A stretch of DNA of 64,000 nt. Origin: Mycobacteriales bacterium (GTDB lineage Bacteria; Actinomycetota; Actinomycetes; JAFAQI01). The position numbers were made by a program, and so were the translations under genes. The notes under the pieces were generated by a model that saw only the letters and a program-made list of their open reading frames with translations, was not told the origin of the DNA and searched no databases. Positions 43,469 through 52,681 of this stretch are shown in pieces; positions within the stretch are counted from its first letter, which is position 1; each line of letters starts with the position of its first letter. The stretch is from positions 6,910 to 70,909 of the forward strand of contig DATAUF010000002.1 of NCBI GenBank assembly GCA_036268405.1, given 5' to 3'.

Positions 43469-44066
43469 CGCGCAGCGGCCCTGACTCGAGGACGTCGAAT
43501 GCATCCTGCAGATAGTCCACGACCGACGCCGCCTTTCGGGGCGGTCGCTCAGCCTGAACCTGGAACGCCGATCGGAGCGCGCCGACGATGCAGGCAGCTG
43601 CGACTTGCGCGGCGATGTCGGTCCGCGAATCTGCGTTGCGGCTGCCCGAGATGAGCTCGGTCAGCCAGACCTCGTACTCCAGGCAGTACTCGAGGTAGCG
43701 GCTGGTCAGCGACGGTTCGCGATGGAGCAGCCGCACGCGCGCGGCCGCGAATGCCGGGTCATCGGCTTCCCAGGTGTGGGCGTGCTCCAACAGGGCGGCC
43801 CGAAGGTCCGCCCAGCGCGAGCCTGGCGCGAGGGTGATGCGGAGGTTCTCGAGGCGGTCCGGCATGTCGAAGAAGACCGCATCTTCCTTGCGCGTGAACA
43901 TGCGGAAGAACGTGCTTGCGGAGTAGTCCGCGGCGGCCGCGATCTCTTCGACGGTCGTGGCCGCGAAGCCTTGCTGGTCGAAGAGCGTCACGGCTGCCAA
44001 CGCGAGGTCGCGGCGGGCTCGTAGCTTGCGACGATCGCGTGCGCTCTCCACCGGCGCCGCGGTCAT
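43458..44066 (-). CDS. TetR family transcriptional regulator
   Basis: HTH QQGFAATTVEEIAAAADYSASTFFRMF. Confidence 0.88.
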   Translation of the reverse strand: MTAAPVESARDRRKLRARRDLALAAVTLFDQQGFAATTVEEIAAAADYSASTFFRMFTRKEDAVFFDMPDRLENLRITLAPGSRWADLRAALLEHAHTWEADDPAFAAARVRLLHREPSLTSRYLEYCLEYEVWLTELISGSRNADSRTDIAAQVAAACIVGALRSAFQVQAERPPRKAASVVDYLQDAFDVLESGPLRVIA

Positions 44067-44067
44067 G

Positions 44068-44090
44068 TACGAAGCCTATCGGGCTTCGTA
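44068..44090. promoter_or_regulatory. Perfect inverted repeat TACGAAGCC-N5-GGCTTCGTA, candidate TetR operator
   Basis: Read directly; begins 2 nt upstream of the TetR ATG (44066), in the divergent region toward the kinase-LLM-SDR operon. Confidence 0.45.
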
Positions 44091-44191
44091 AGCAAAATGC
44101 GAGCGACTGTCATAAGCCAAGTAACTCTCGTATTGACGGTGACTTCAATCACGCGTTACGGTGCGCCCGCACGTCGACCAGTGGAGCACTG

Positions 44192-45271
44192 ATGCCGCCA
44201 GCACTGACCGGTCCCGTACCCGCCGCCCTCCACGCACTAGACGCGGCTTGGTTCGACGAGGCGATGCGATCCTCCGATGCCTCGCTGGCCACCATCGTCG
44301 GCGTGTCGATGGAGCCGTTGGAGATCAGCGGCGCCACCGGCGAGCTGGGCCGGATCAGGTTCGACTACGACCCGGCCGGGACGCCGTCCCCGGCGAGCGT
44401 GGTCGCGAAGCTTCGAGGAAGCAGTCCGACACAGAAGGCGATGGATGGTGCGTTGGGTCTGTTCGACCGCGAGCGACGCTTCTATCTCGATGCTGCGCCG
44501 GCACTTGCCGTCGCAACGCCGCAGTGCTACTTCGCCGGTGATGGCCATCAGACGCCGATGCTGCTCGAGGACCTGAATGAGCTGCGGATGGGTGATCAGG
44601 TCGACGGCCTGAGCCTGGCCGAGGCACAGCGGTTGATGGATGTGCTCGGTGACCTGCACGCGACCTATTGGGGCAAGCCGGTCCCCGGCGGCGTCGACTG
44701 GATGGTGTCGCTCGCCGACCCCACGTTCGGTGGGATGCTCACCCAGCTGATCAGCAGTGGGTTGCCCGCGTTGAACGAGCAGTACGACGGACGGGTGCCG
44801 TCCTCGATCATCACGGCGATCACTGCGGCCGCGCCGACGTGGTCCGACGTCCTCGTGCGTTGCAACGAGGGCCCGCGCACCCTCGTGCACAACGACTGCC
44901 GATTGGACAACATGTTCTTCCGGGCGAGTGGGGAGCCGGTGCTGTTCGACTGGCAGCTCTGCGGCTACACGCGCGGAACGCAGGACGTGGCCTACCTGTT
45001 GTCGGGCAGCCTGGACTCTTCGCTGCTCGGCGAGCAGTGGGAGTCGCTGCTGCGCGAATATCACGCGCGACTTCTGGCGAACGGCGTCGAGAACTACAGC
45101 TGGGAACAGTGTCTGCTCCACTACAGGCAGAGCCTGCTCTACACGTTGGCACCCGGTGTCGCGATGCTCGGCGCGATGGCGATCCCCAACGACGAGCGCG
45201 GTCTTGCCGACACGTTGGTGATGCGCACCCTCACCCACGCCGCCGACCTCGACGCCTTCGCCACGTTGTGA
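44192..45271 (+). CDS. EcKL/CHK-type kinase-like phosphotransferase
   Basis: ATG 44192; LLLEDL, HNDCRLDNMFF catalytic loop, FDWQ; paralogous to the N-terminal half of 53722..55704. Confidence 0.82.
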   Translation: MPPALTGPVPAALHALDAAWFDEAMRSSDASLATIVGVSMEPLEISGATGELGRIRFDYDPAGTPSPASVVAKLRGSSPTQKAMDGALGLFDRERRFYLDAAPALAVATPQCYFAGDGHQTPMLLEDLNELRMGDQVDGLSLAEAQRLMDVLGDLHATYWGKPVPGGVDWMVSLADPTFGGMLTQLISSGLPALNEQYDGRVPSSIITAITAAAPTWSDVLVRCNEGPRTLVHNDCRLDNMFFRASGEPVLFDWQLCGYTRGTQDVAYLLSGSLDSSLLGEQWESLLREYHARLLANGVENYSWEQCLLHYRQSLLYTLAPGVAMLGAMAIPNDERGLADTLVMRTLTHAADLDAFATL

Positions 45272-46398
45272 CCAGTCCGCACGGTGGGTCGCCACTGCCC
45301 GATCTGAGTGCGTACGTCATCAGCGGGCGAGTCGTGGCGCGTGCCCGGGAGTCGCGCTACCCGACCGACGCGCGAAGCGTCGCGCGGGGAATCCAGGACG
45401 GGATCGATGCCGAGAACATCGGCTTCCGGCGGGTGTTCCTGTCCGAGCGGTGGAACCTCAAGGAAGCGGGCGTCGTGCTCGCCGCGATCGCGGCCAGTAC
45501 GAGCCGGATCGACGTCGCGAGCGGCATCATCACCACCCCTGCCCGCCACCCGCTGCACGCCGCCGGACTCGGCGCCACGATGCAGGCTGCGTTCGAGGCG
45601 CGGTTCGTACTGGGCCTGGGCCGCGGCAACCCCGGCTGGTTCAGCGGTGCCGGCCTGACGATGCCGACCTACCGCGGGCTGGTCGACTACGTCGACATCC
45701 TGCGCCGACTGTGGGCGGGCGAGGTGGTCAGCTACGACGGACCGGCCGGCACGTTCACTCACCTGGAGCTGGAAGACGTCGACCCGACGGTGGCGGCGCC
45801 GCCGGTGTGGTTCGGCACCCTCGGCCAGGACCTTGGCGCGAAGGCGGCGGCTGCGGCGTTCGATGGCGTACTGCTCCCACCGGTCTTCACGCCGCGCGCC
45901 ACCCGGGCCATCGTCGACCGCCTGCACCACGAGTGCCGTGAGATCGGTCGCGATCCTGCCTCGCTGCACATCTGTCAGTCGGTCATCACCGCGCCTGACC
46001 TCGCCGACACCGAGACCAGGACTCTCGCCCACGCGCGCGCCGTGACATATCTCGATGCACCTGGCTATGGCGAGATGCTGGTCGCGATCAACGGGTGGGA
46101 CCCGGCGCCGCTGGAAGCATTGCGTAACCACGACCAGTTCCAGGGGATGGACTCGGTCAGCGACCTGAAGTTCCATCGCTCGGAGCTATTGGGCCCCGCG
46201 TCGCTCGTGCCCGACGAATGGATGGATGAGTGCTGCGCCCTCGGGTCGGTCGACCAGTGCATCGATGTGCTGCAGCGATTTCGCGACGCCGGCGCAGACG
46301 AGATCACGACGTACGGCAGTACGCCGCGCCAGAACGCCGGGCTGGCGGCGGCCTGGGCAGAACGCTCCGCAGCCATGACAACGAACGGACTCCAATGA
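45268..46398 (+). CDS. Luciferase-like monooxygenase (LLM) family oxidoreductase, possibly F420-dependent
   Basis: GTG 45268 overlaps the kinase stop (GTGA); FRRVFLSERW, LGLGRGN, TIM-barrel-like pattern; cofactor not determinable from sequence. Confidence 0.72.
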   Translation: MTSPHGGSPLPDLSAYVISGRVVARARESRYPTDARSVARGIQDGIDAENIGFRRVFLSERWNLKEAGVVLAAIAASTSRIDVASGIITTPARHPLHAAGLGATMQAAFEARFVLGLGRGNPGWFSGAGLTMPTYRGLVDYVDILRRLWAGEVVSYDGPAGTFTHLELEDVDPTVAAPPVWFGTLGQDLGAKAAAAAFDGVLLPPVFTPRATRAIVDRLHHECREIGRDPASLHICQSVITAPDLADTETRTLAHARAVTYLDAPGYGEMLVAINGWDPAPLEALRNHDQFQGMDSVSDLKFHRSELLGPASLVPDEWMDECCALGSVDQCIDVLQRFRDAGADEITTYGSTPRQNAGLAAAWAERSAAMTTNGLQ

Positions 46399-47240
46399 CC
46401 ATCGACTACACCGGGCGCGTTGTCCTTGTCACCGGCGCGACCAGGGGGATCGGCAGGGCGTTGAGCCTTGCGTTCGCTGCGCGCGGCGCGGCGATCGTCG
46501 GCACCGCGCGCAACCCCGAGCCTGCCGAGGCGTTCGCGAAGGAGATCGCCGAGCTGGGTTCGACGTTCACCTTCGTCGAAGCCGATGCAGGCAGCTTTGC
46601 GGACTGCAAGGCGGTGGCGGCGTCCGCCGTCAAGCACCACGGACGCATCGATGTCCTGATCAATAACGCGGGCACCTCCTTGCCCCAGGTGCGCATTGAT
46701 CTGATCGAGGAGGACCAGTGGCGTTCGGTCGCGGGGCCGACCCTCGACGGTCCCTTGTTCATGTCGCGAGCCGTTCTTCCGACGATGCGAGCGCAGGGTG
46801 ACGGCGTCATCATCAACGTCGCCTCCGGCGCGGGCATCCAGGCCCTCGCCACGATGGGCGCCTACGGGATGGCCAAGGCGGCCGCGATCCAGCTCGCCCG
46901 GGTGATCGCCGTGGAGAACGCGGCGTTCGGAGTACGGGCCAACGCGCTCATCGTCGGTGCCGTCGCCACCGAGCTGTCGCTGGCATCGCTGGTCGCGCGC
47001 GGTCAGGACATGTTCGGGCCCGACTGGACCCCGACGCCGCCGGCGGATGACTCTGCCGGCTCACCGATGGACTCAGTGATGATCCCTCCGGAGGCGCTCG
47101 CCGATTCGGTGCTGATGCTGTGCGCGCCCGAGTCTCGTGAGATCAACGGTGCGGTCATCGCTATCGATCGTGGATTCTCCGCGGGGGCTTACAACTCCGC
47201 GTTCGTGGGTCTGGCAGCCGCGGGGCTTCTTCCCGGCTAA
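46395..47240 (+). CDS. SDR family oxidoreductase
   Basis: ATGA overlap with the LLM gene; VLVTGATRGIGRA, NNAG, YGMAKAA. Confidence 0.9.
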   Translation: MTIDYTGRVVLVTGATRGIGRALSLAFAARGAAIVGTARNPEPAEAFAKEIAELGSTFTFVEADAGSFADCKAVAASAVKHHGRIDVLINNAGTSLPQVRIDLIEEDQWRSVAGPTLDGPLFMSRAVLPTMRAQGDGVIINVASGAGIQALATMGAYGMAKAAAIQLARVIAVENAAFGVRANALIVGAVATELSLASLVARGQDMFGPDWTPTPPADDSAGSPMDSVMIPPEALADSVLMLCAPESREINGAVIAIDRGFSAGAYNSAFVGLAAAGLLPG

Positions 47241-47477
47241 GCGAGTGGAGCGTCCGGACCGACCGATGTCTTGAGCTGGGTGGACCCCCGACGAGATCGG
47301 CGATGAGCACCGCCACCATTCGGACGGATTCATGGGCCACCCGCCGCGTTGTCGCAGCGTCTCGGCAGAGGCGCCTGCGGAAGACGGCTGAGTGCCTTCG
47401 GCAGACAGATTGCCGACACGAAGATCAGCGTCCGAATCCCGCCAGTATCGGCGACGCTGAGACGCAACGATCGAGTC

Positions 47478-47954
47478 ATGAACAGCACCCAGCGCTTCCA
47501 GATCCGCCCGATTCCGGCTACCTGTCTCCAGGCAGTCAGGGCTTCGCGTCTCGACGCCGCGGGGAACCCGGTGATGCGCGCGACTGACGCCGTCGGCTCG
47601 CCACTGCGCTGCTGCCTGCGCAACGTCCGCGAAGGTGAGGACGTCATCCTGTTCGGCTACGAGCCGCCGCTTCCTGGCGCGGCGAGCCCCTACCGAGAGG
47701 TCGGCGCCGTCTTTGCGCATGCCCGCGACTGCGAAGCGCCAGAGACTTGGGACACCTACCCGAGTGACTGGCAGGGACGTCCGCAGGTGCTCCGCGCCTA
47801 CGACGATCGTGGCTGGATCCACCCGGCAAGCACGACCCACGATGGATCGGATCCGGCTGCAGCGATTGCCGAGGTGCTCGCCGCACCTGGTGTAGTCGAG
47901 GTGCACAGCCGCAACGTCGTCTACGGCTGCTTCATGTTCGCCGCGACCGCGTGA
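47478..47954 (+). CDS. DUF1203 family protein
   Basis: 158 aa; PLRCCLRNVREGEDVILFGYEPP...SPYREVGAVFAH matches my recollection of DUF1203. Confidence 0.7.
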   Translation: MNSTQRFQIRPIPATCLQAVRASRLDAAGNPVMRATDAVGSPLRCCLRNVREGEDVILFGYEPPLPGAASPYREVGAVFAHARDCEAPETWDTYPSDWQGRPQVLRAYDDRGWIHPASTTHDGSDPAAAIAEVLAAPGVVEVHSRNVVYGCFMFAATA

Positions 47955-50171
47955 TCAGTCGCGGCAGGTCTGCGCCTTCAGTGGTAGATGCGCGGAGGAG
48001 TCACCGACGTTGATGGAGTAACAGCCCGGTGCGACGCGCCACCCGTTCGCCTTGGTGTTCCAGTAGGCAAACGACCGGCGGTTCAGGTGCAGCGTGATCG
48101 ACTTGTGCGCGCCGGGCCGCAGTGCGACCTTCTGGTAGCCCTTCAGCTGGATCGGTGGCTCGTGCGCCGCCTTCGGATCGCCGACATAGAGCTGTGCGAC
48201 CTCGGCGCCGTACTTCGTGCCGACGTTGGTCACGGCGAACCGCACCCTCGCGCCACCCGCCGTCTTCTTCACCCGAAGATGTGAGAACGCGAACTTCGTA
48301 TACGACAGCCCGAAGCCGAACGGGAACAACGGTGTGATGTGTTTCGCGTCGTACCAGCGGTAGCCGACCAGCAGGCCCTCGCTGTAGTGCGACTGTGGGA
48401 CGCCGTGCTTGTCCGGTACGCCGGGCCACTGTTGTGCGGACTTGATCGGGTCCTGGCTCACCGACTTCGGGAACGTGACAGGAAGCTTGCCTGACGGGTT
48501 GACGTCGCCGAAAAGTAGCGATGCGGCAGCGTTGCCGTCCTGCTCACCCGGGTACCACATGTCGAGCACGCCGCGGACCTGGTTGAGCCAGGGCATCGCG
48601 ATCGGGCCGCCGGCCTGCACGACGACGATCGTGTTGGGGTTGGCCTTCGCGACGGCGGAGACCAACGCGTTCTGGTCCGGACCAACGGCAGGCAGACACG
48701 TCAGCGTGCACTCCCCGTCGACGGCGCTCAGCGTCTTGCGGTCCACGCCCTCGGTCTCGCCATCGCCGATGAAGACCACCGCTGTCTTGGCGGTCTTTGC
48801 CGCGAGGACCGCATCCGCGATGGTGAGGCCGGGAGCGGGCGTCACCGTGTCGGCATTGGCCTCGGCGCGCAACGTGATCGCCGTCAGCGGATCGACCACG
48901 ACCGGGTTCACGCCGACGAGCGGCACCTTGGAGCTGCCGCCGCCCTGGTAGTCGATCTGCGCGCCGACCGGCGTCGACGGCAGTCCGATCAGTGCGATGT
49001 TCTGGTGGGCGCCGCGCAACGGCAGGGCGTTACCGGCGTCCTTCAGCAGGACGGCGCCGCCTTCGGCGGCCTCGAGTGCGATCGCCTTGTCCTGTGGGGT
49101 GTTCACGATCGCCGTGGCCGCGAGCGGAGCCGACGGTGGCGGGTCGTTGAACGCACCGACGGAGAACAGGCCGTACATGATCCGCTCGACCATCTCGTTC
49201 ACCGTCGACATCGCGACCTTGTGCTGCGCGATTGCCGCCAGCAGTGCCTTGGGGGCGAAGTACGTGCCCGCGGTGATGTTCTGTTCCTGGTCGAGGCCGT
49301 TGTTGGCGGCTGCGACGGTCGAGTGCGTGCCACCCCAGTCCGACATCACCCAGCCCTTGAAGCCGAACTGCTTGTCCAGGACGGTCCGCAGCAAGTAGTG
49401 GTTCTGGCAGGCGTCGACGTTGTTGACCAGGTTGTAGCTGCACATCACCGACGCGACGTGCGCCTGCTTCACCGCGGTCTCGAACGCCGGTAGGTCGATC
49501 TCCTGCATCGTGCGCACGCTCGCGTCCGAGGAGTCCGTCATCCGGTCGGTCTCCTGGTCGTTGAGCGCGTAGTGCTTCACCGTCGCCGCGACGTGCTGGC
49601 TCTGGATTCCTTCGATCTCGGCGGCCCCGGTCTGACCGGCGAGGTACGGATCCTCCCCGGCGTACTCGAAGCTGCGTCCCGCCAGCGGGTTGCGGGCGAT
49701 ATCGATGCCCGGAGCCAGCTGGACGTTGATGCCCTTGTGCCAGGCCTCCCAGCCGAGCGCGGATCCGACCTTGTACTGCATCGACGTGTCCCAGCTGGCC
49801 GCCTGCGTCACCCCGTCCGGGAATGCCGTCACAAGTAGCTGCACATCGCCGAGTCCGGCTCCCGCGTCGTTGGAGACCTGCTCCGGGATGCACAGCGACG
49901 GGATGGCGGGGATCGAGTTGGCCGCGCCGTAGTGGGTGATGTCGCCGCGGCCGTAGAGCTCACTGATCTTCTGCGCCAGTGTCATGCGCGCGACGAGCTC
50001 CTGCGCGCGACGGTTTGCCGAAAGGTGAGTGTTCATCCACGGGCACGACGCCGTCGCGGACGACGCGGCGCTCGCGCTGGTGAGCGACGTGGCCGTGACG
50101 GCTCCGAATCCGGATGCGGCGACGAGCGAGGTGGCGACAAGGGCACGGAGACCTGCTGCTTTGCGGGGCAC
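47955..50171 (-). CDS. Secreted glycoside hydrolase family 3 beta-glucosidase
   Basis: GTG 50171 gives the signal peptide MPRKAAGLRALVATSLVAASGFGAVTATSLTSASA (alternative ATG 50258). KHYALNDQE; nucleophile motif GWVMSDWGG; C-terminal FN3-like domain. Confidence 0.88.
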   Translation of the reverse strand: MPRKAAGLRALVATSLVAASGFGAVTATSLTSASAASSATASCPWMNTHLSANRRAQELVARMTLAQKISELYGRGDITHYGAANSIPAIPSLCIPEQVSNDAGAGLGDVQLLVTAFPDGVTQAASWDTSMQYKVGSALGWEAWHKGINVQLAPGIDIARNPLAGRSFEYAGEDPYLAGQTGAAEIEGIQSQHVAATVKHYALNDQETDRMTDSSDASVRTMQEIDLPAFETAVKQAHVASVMCSYNLVNNVDACQNHYLLRTVLDKQFGFKGWVMSDWGGTHSTVAAANNGLDQEQNITAGTYFAPKALLAAIAQHKVAMSTVNEMVERIMYGLFSVGAFNDPPPSAPLAATAIVNTPQDKAIALEAAEGGAVLLKDAGNALPLRGAHQNIALIGLPSTPVGAQIDYQGGGSSKVPLVGVNPVVVDPLTAITLRAEANADTVTPAPGLTIADAVLAAKTAKTAVVFIGDGETEGVDRKTLSAVDGECTLTCLPAVGPDQNALVSAVAKANPNTIVVVQAGGPIAMPWLNQVRGVLDMWYPGEQDGNAAASLLFGDVNPSGKLPVTFPKSVSQDPIKSAQQWPGVPDKHGVPQSHYSEGLLVGYRWYDAKHITPLFPFGFGLSYTKFAFSHLRVKKTAGGARVRFAVTNVGTKYGAEVAQLYVGDPKAAHEPPIQLKGYQKVALRPGAHKSITLHLNRRSFAYWNTKANGWRVAPGCYSINVGDSSAHLPLKAQTCRD

Positions 50172-50239
50172 GGCTAGATCTTCGCGGACGTACCGACAGC
50201 CACCTGCACCGGCGGCGAACTTGGCGCCGACAGAGCGCC

Positions 50240-51160
50240 TCAGCCGTTGGGCAACCATCGGAGCTTGATGGGCCTGCGCGGGTCCGACCCGCGACCTTCG
50301 ATCGCGCAGGCCTCCGCTACGAGGACGGGTCGGATCTCGCGGAAGAGCGCGCGGTAGCGATACCACGGCACCGACGGAAACAGATGGTGCACCAGATGGC
50401 GGTCCTGCTGGAGCAGCAACCATGTCGATCCGCGGAACGTGTTGACCCGGGTGTTGGCGAACCGCTTCGTGCTGTCGAACGGCACGTGCGGCAGCCACTG
50501 GAACAGCACCATGAGCGCGAGGATGCCGACCCGTCCCGGCAGCCACCACAGGAAGAAGACGGGCATGAACAGTCCGAGCGGGATCGACGCGATCACGACC
50601 ACGACAGCGAGCTGCATGTAGCGGCGGAGCTGTCGGTTCTCGATCTGGATCCGCTCGGTCGGCTCCGGAAAGTCGTCGGGAGTCGCCACGGCGAGGGCGC
50701 GCTGGAAGATCTTGTCTCCCACGAACGGGAGCGCGCCGGCGACGGCCAGCGTCATCATGGCGAGCCATTTGAGCGGCACTGCCCACAGCGGCCCGGCGAC
50801 GATCATGTCGGGGTCGTGCAGCGGGTCGTTCGTGTGTGAGTGGTGGCGAAGGTGTTCGGACGACCAGCCTGAGAAGTTGAGCAGCAGCGGGATCGCCGCG
50901 ATCTCCCCACACACCCGGTCGAGCCACCGCCACTTCGCATTGCGCCCGCTGATGGACTTGTGGTTCGCGTCATGGTGGACGGTGTAGAAGGCGTACGTCA
51001 CTGTCGCGTTCACCATGAAACCTGCCCATAGCGGCACCACGCCGTAGGACCACCCGACGATGACGAGCACATAGACGCTCGTCAGGACAAGGCACAGCAG
51101 CACGGTGGGCCAGCCGACCGCACCGGTATAGCGGCGGCTGACCGCGGTCGGGTCGATCAC
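50240..51160 (-). CDS. Membrane fatty-acid-desaturase-family di-iron enzyme
   Basis: Histidine boxes HDANH, HLRHH, HLVHH; 4 TM segments; GTG 51160 overlaps the TetR stop (GTGA). Confidence 0.85.
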   Translation of the reverse strand: MIDPTAVSRRYTGAVGWPTVLLCLVLTSVYVLVIVGWSYGVVPLWAGFMVNATVTYAFYTVHHDANHKSISGRNAKWRWLDRVCGEIAAIPLLLNFSGWSSEHLRHHSHTNDPLHDPDMIVAGPLWAVPLKWLAMMTLAVAGALPFVGDKIFQRALAVATPDDFPEPTERIQIENRQLRRYMQLAVVVVIASIPLGLFMPVFFLWWLPGRVGILALMVLFQWLPHVPFDSTKRFANTRVNTFRGSTWLLLQQDRHLVHHLFPSVPWYRYRALFREIRPVLVAEACAIEGRGSDPRRPIKLRWLPNG

Positions 51161-51732
51161 GCGGTCACCGACTGTTTGAGCTGCGCAATCACAGTCACTT
51201 CATGCGGCAGCGGCTGGCCGCCGGAAACCGCCCGTCCCAGAGCGAGGCCGAGCAGCGTCTCCCGGGCCATCAGATACAGCGCTTGCTCGTGGTGGTCGAC
51301 AAAGCCTGCGGCAAGCCCCTGGGAGCCGACCAGCTTGGCGAAGTCCGCGACGACCGGACCGATCTCGTCGCGCAGGCTCGGATCGTTGCTCATTGCCAGC
51401 CACGCCTCGAGGACCGCCTTGAATCGTGGGTTGCTAACCGCCGACCAGGTGTGGTCGATCAACTCGACGAGGTTCGCTATCGGCGGCCGCTCATCCGGGT
51501 TCGATAACTCGGGCACCATCTCGTCGTAGAGCCGGCGCAATGCGTCGGCGAACAACACCGCGAGGCCCGGGTAGTGGTGGTGGAACGCACCTCTGCTGAC
51601 ACCGGCCAGTTTGCACACCTCGACGGCCGACACCGCGGCCCAGCCGCTGTCGACAAGCAGATCGATGGTCGCGGTCTCAAGGGCGGCGCGAGTCGTCGTA
51701 CTGCGGTCGGCCTGCGTACGTCGCGACGGCAT
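51157..51732 (-). CDS. TetR family transcriptional regulator
   Basis: ATG 51732; HTH DSGWAAVSAVEVCKLAGVSRGAFHHHY. Confidence 0.85.
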   Translation of the reverse strand: MPSRRTQADRSTTTRAALETATIDLLVDSGWAAVSAVEVCKLAGVSRGAFHHHYPGLAVLFADALRRLYDEMVPELSNPDERPPIANLVELIDHTWSAVSNPRFKAVLEAWLAMSNDPSLRDEIGPVVADFAKLVGSQGLAAGFVDHHEQALYLMARETLLGLALGRAVSGGQPLPHEVTVIAQLKQSVTA

Positions 51733-51768
51733 GTCCAAGGGCACGCGAAGCACAGTAGAGCATAAAAC

Positions 51769-51790
51769 ATACGTACACAAACGTACGTAT
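51769..51790. promoter_or_regulatory. Perfect inverted repeat ATACGTAC-N6-GTACGTAT, candidate TetR operator
   Basis: Read directly, 37 nt upstream of the TetR ATG in an AT-richer 91-nt intergenic region. Confidence 0.45.
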
Positions 51791-51823
51791 CAAGGTGTCT
51801 GAACGCCCTAACCGTCCATTCCG

Positions 51824-52681
51824 TCAGGCAGCGAGCAGATCGGCGTCGAAGCCGCACAACTGCCACACCTTGCGGAACATTGGCGACGCCCCCGTGACAG
51901 TGAGCGGTCGGCCGGTCGAGATGCGGTTGTGGAGCTCCAAATGCAGGATGCTCGCGGCCCGAGCGTCGACGAACGACAACCGACGCAGGTCGAGCTGTCG
52001 GTCCGTGTCAGGAAGGCCGGCCAGCACGCCCTCGAGAGCCGCCGCCACGCATCCGTCGAGCTCGCCCTCGACAGCCGCCGTCGCAGGTCCCATGCCGTAG
52101 ACCGCGAACATCGGCTCACCAGGACCTTGCAGTGGGTGCGCCGCAGCGATCGCGTCGAGATCAGGCAGCACGCTGGCGTCATAGAGGCATAGCGGAGCGA
52201 GCGGATGCTGCGTCATGTAGCGGTCGGCGATCTGCTCCCATCTCAGATGCGATGGGCGCCGCGAGGCATCGAGCACGAGAGGCGTGATGTCTGCGGCGAT
52301 CCGCAAGCCTTGGTATCCATCCGCGATCGCCTGCCGAACTGCCTGGTCATACATCGCGAGCTGCGACGACGGATCGATGGGGACGCTGAGGTCATAGAGG
52401 GCCCGCGTCGGCGCCAGGACCAGCGCCCCGGACTCGATGGCCGCATCGCCGTCCGGCAGGTCCGCCACCTCGGCTCGCAGCTCGTCCATCGACGCGTCGT
52501 AGACGTACATGGTCCGTTCGTTGCGTTCCAGTCCGAGGCGCAGCCAGTCCACGACCGCCTGGATCCGGCCGGCCGCGGAACGGTAGGACATGCAGGCGTG
52601 ATCACCGGGAGCGGCATCCTCGGCGGCGCCTAGCGCGCCGGAGCGCCGGGGCAGCACAGCGACGACTTCTTCGATGCTCAC
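51824..52681 (-). CDS. MEDS domain - STAS domain protein (anti-sigma-factor antagonist-like)
   Basis: N-terminal MEDS pattern (HACMSY...LCLYD); C-terminal STAS (LDLRRLSFVDARAASIL...TVTGASPMFRKVWQLCGF); GTGA overlap with the upstream gene. Confidence 0.78.
   Translation of the reverse strand: MSIEEVVAVLPRRSGALGAAEDAAPGDHACMSYRSAAGRIQAVVDWLRLGLERNERTMYVYDASMDELRAEVADLPDGDAAIESGALVLAPTRALYDLSVPIDPSSQLAMYDQAVRQAIADGYQGLRIAADITPLVLDASRRPSHLRWEQIADRYMTQHPLAPLCLYDASVLPDLDAIAAAHPLQGPGEPMFAVYGMGPATAAVEGELDGCVAAALEGVLAGLPDTDRQLDLRRLSFVDARAASILHLELHNRISTGRPLTVTGASPMFRKVWQLCGFDADLLAA

Noticed and set aside
44237-46176. Minus-strand ORFs 44237..45295 and 45139..46176 opposite the kinase and LLM genes
   Set aside because: Same GC-driven artefact. 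The sense frames have kinase catalytic-loop and LLM patterns and tight translational coupling.
47241-47477. Possible riboswitch or small RNA in the 237-nt region upstream of the DUF1203 gene (small hairpins such as CAGCGTC-N20-GACGCTG at 47427-47460)
   Set aside because: Only short, weak stems and no resemblance to any riboswitch class I can recall. The evidence is insufficient.
50172-50933. 5' extension of the GH3 ORF (track start 50933) overlapping the desaturase gene
   Set aside because: The extension is Arg/Pro-rich and overlaps a gene with three histidine boxes. A proper signal peptide begins at GTG 50171.
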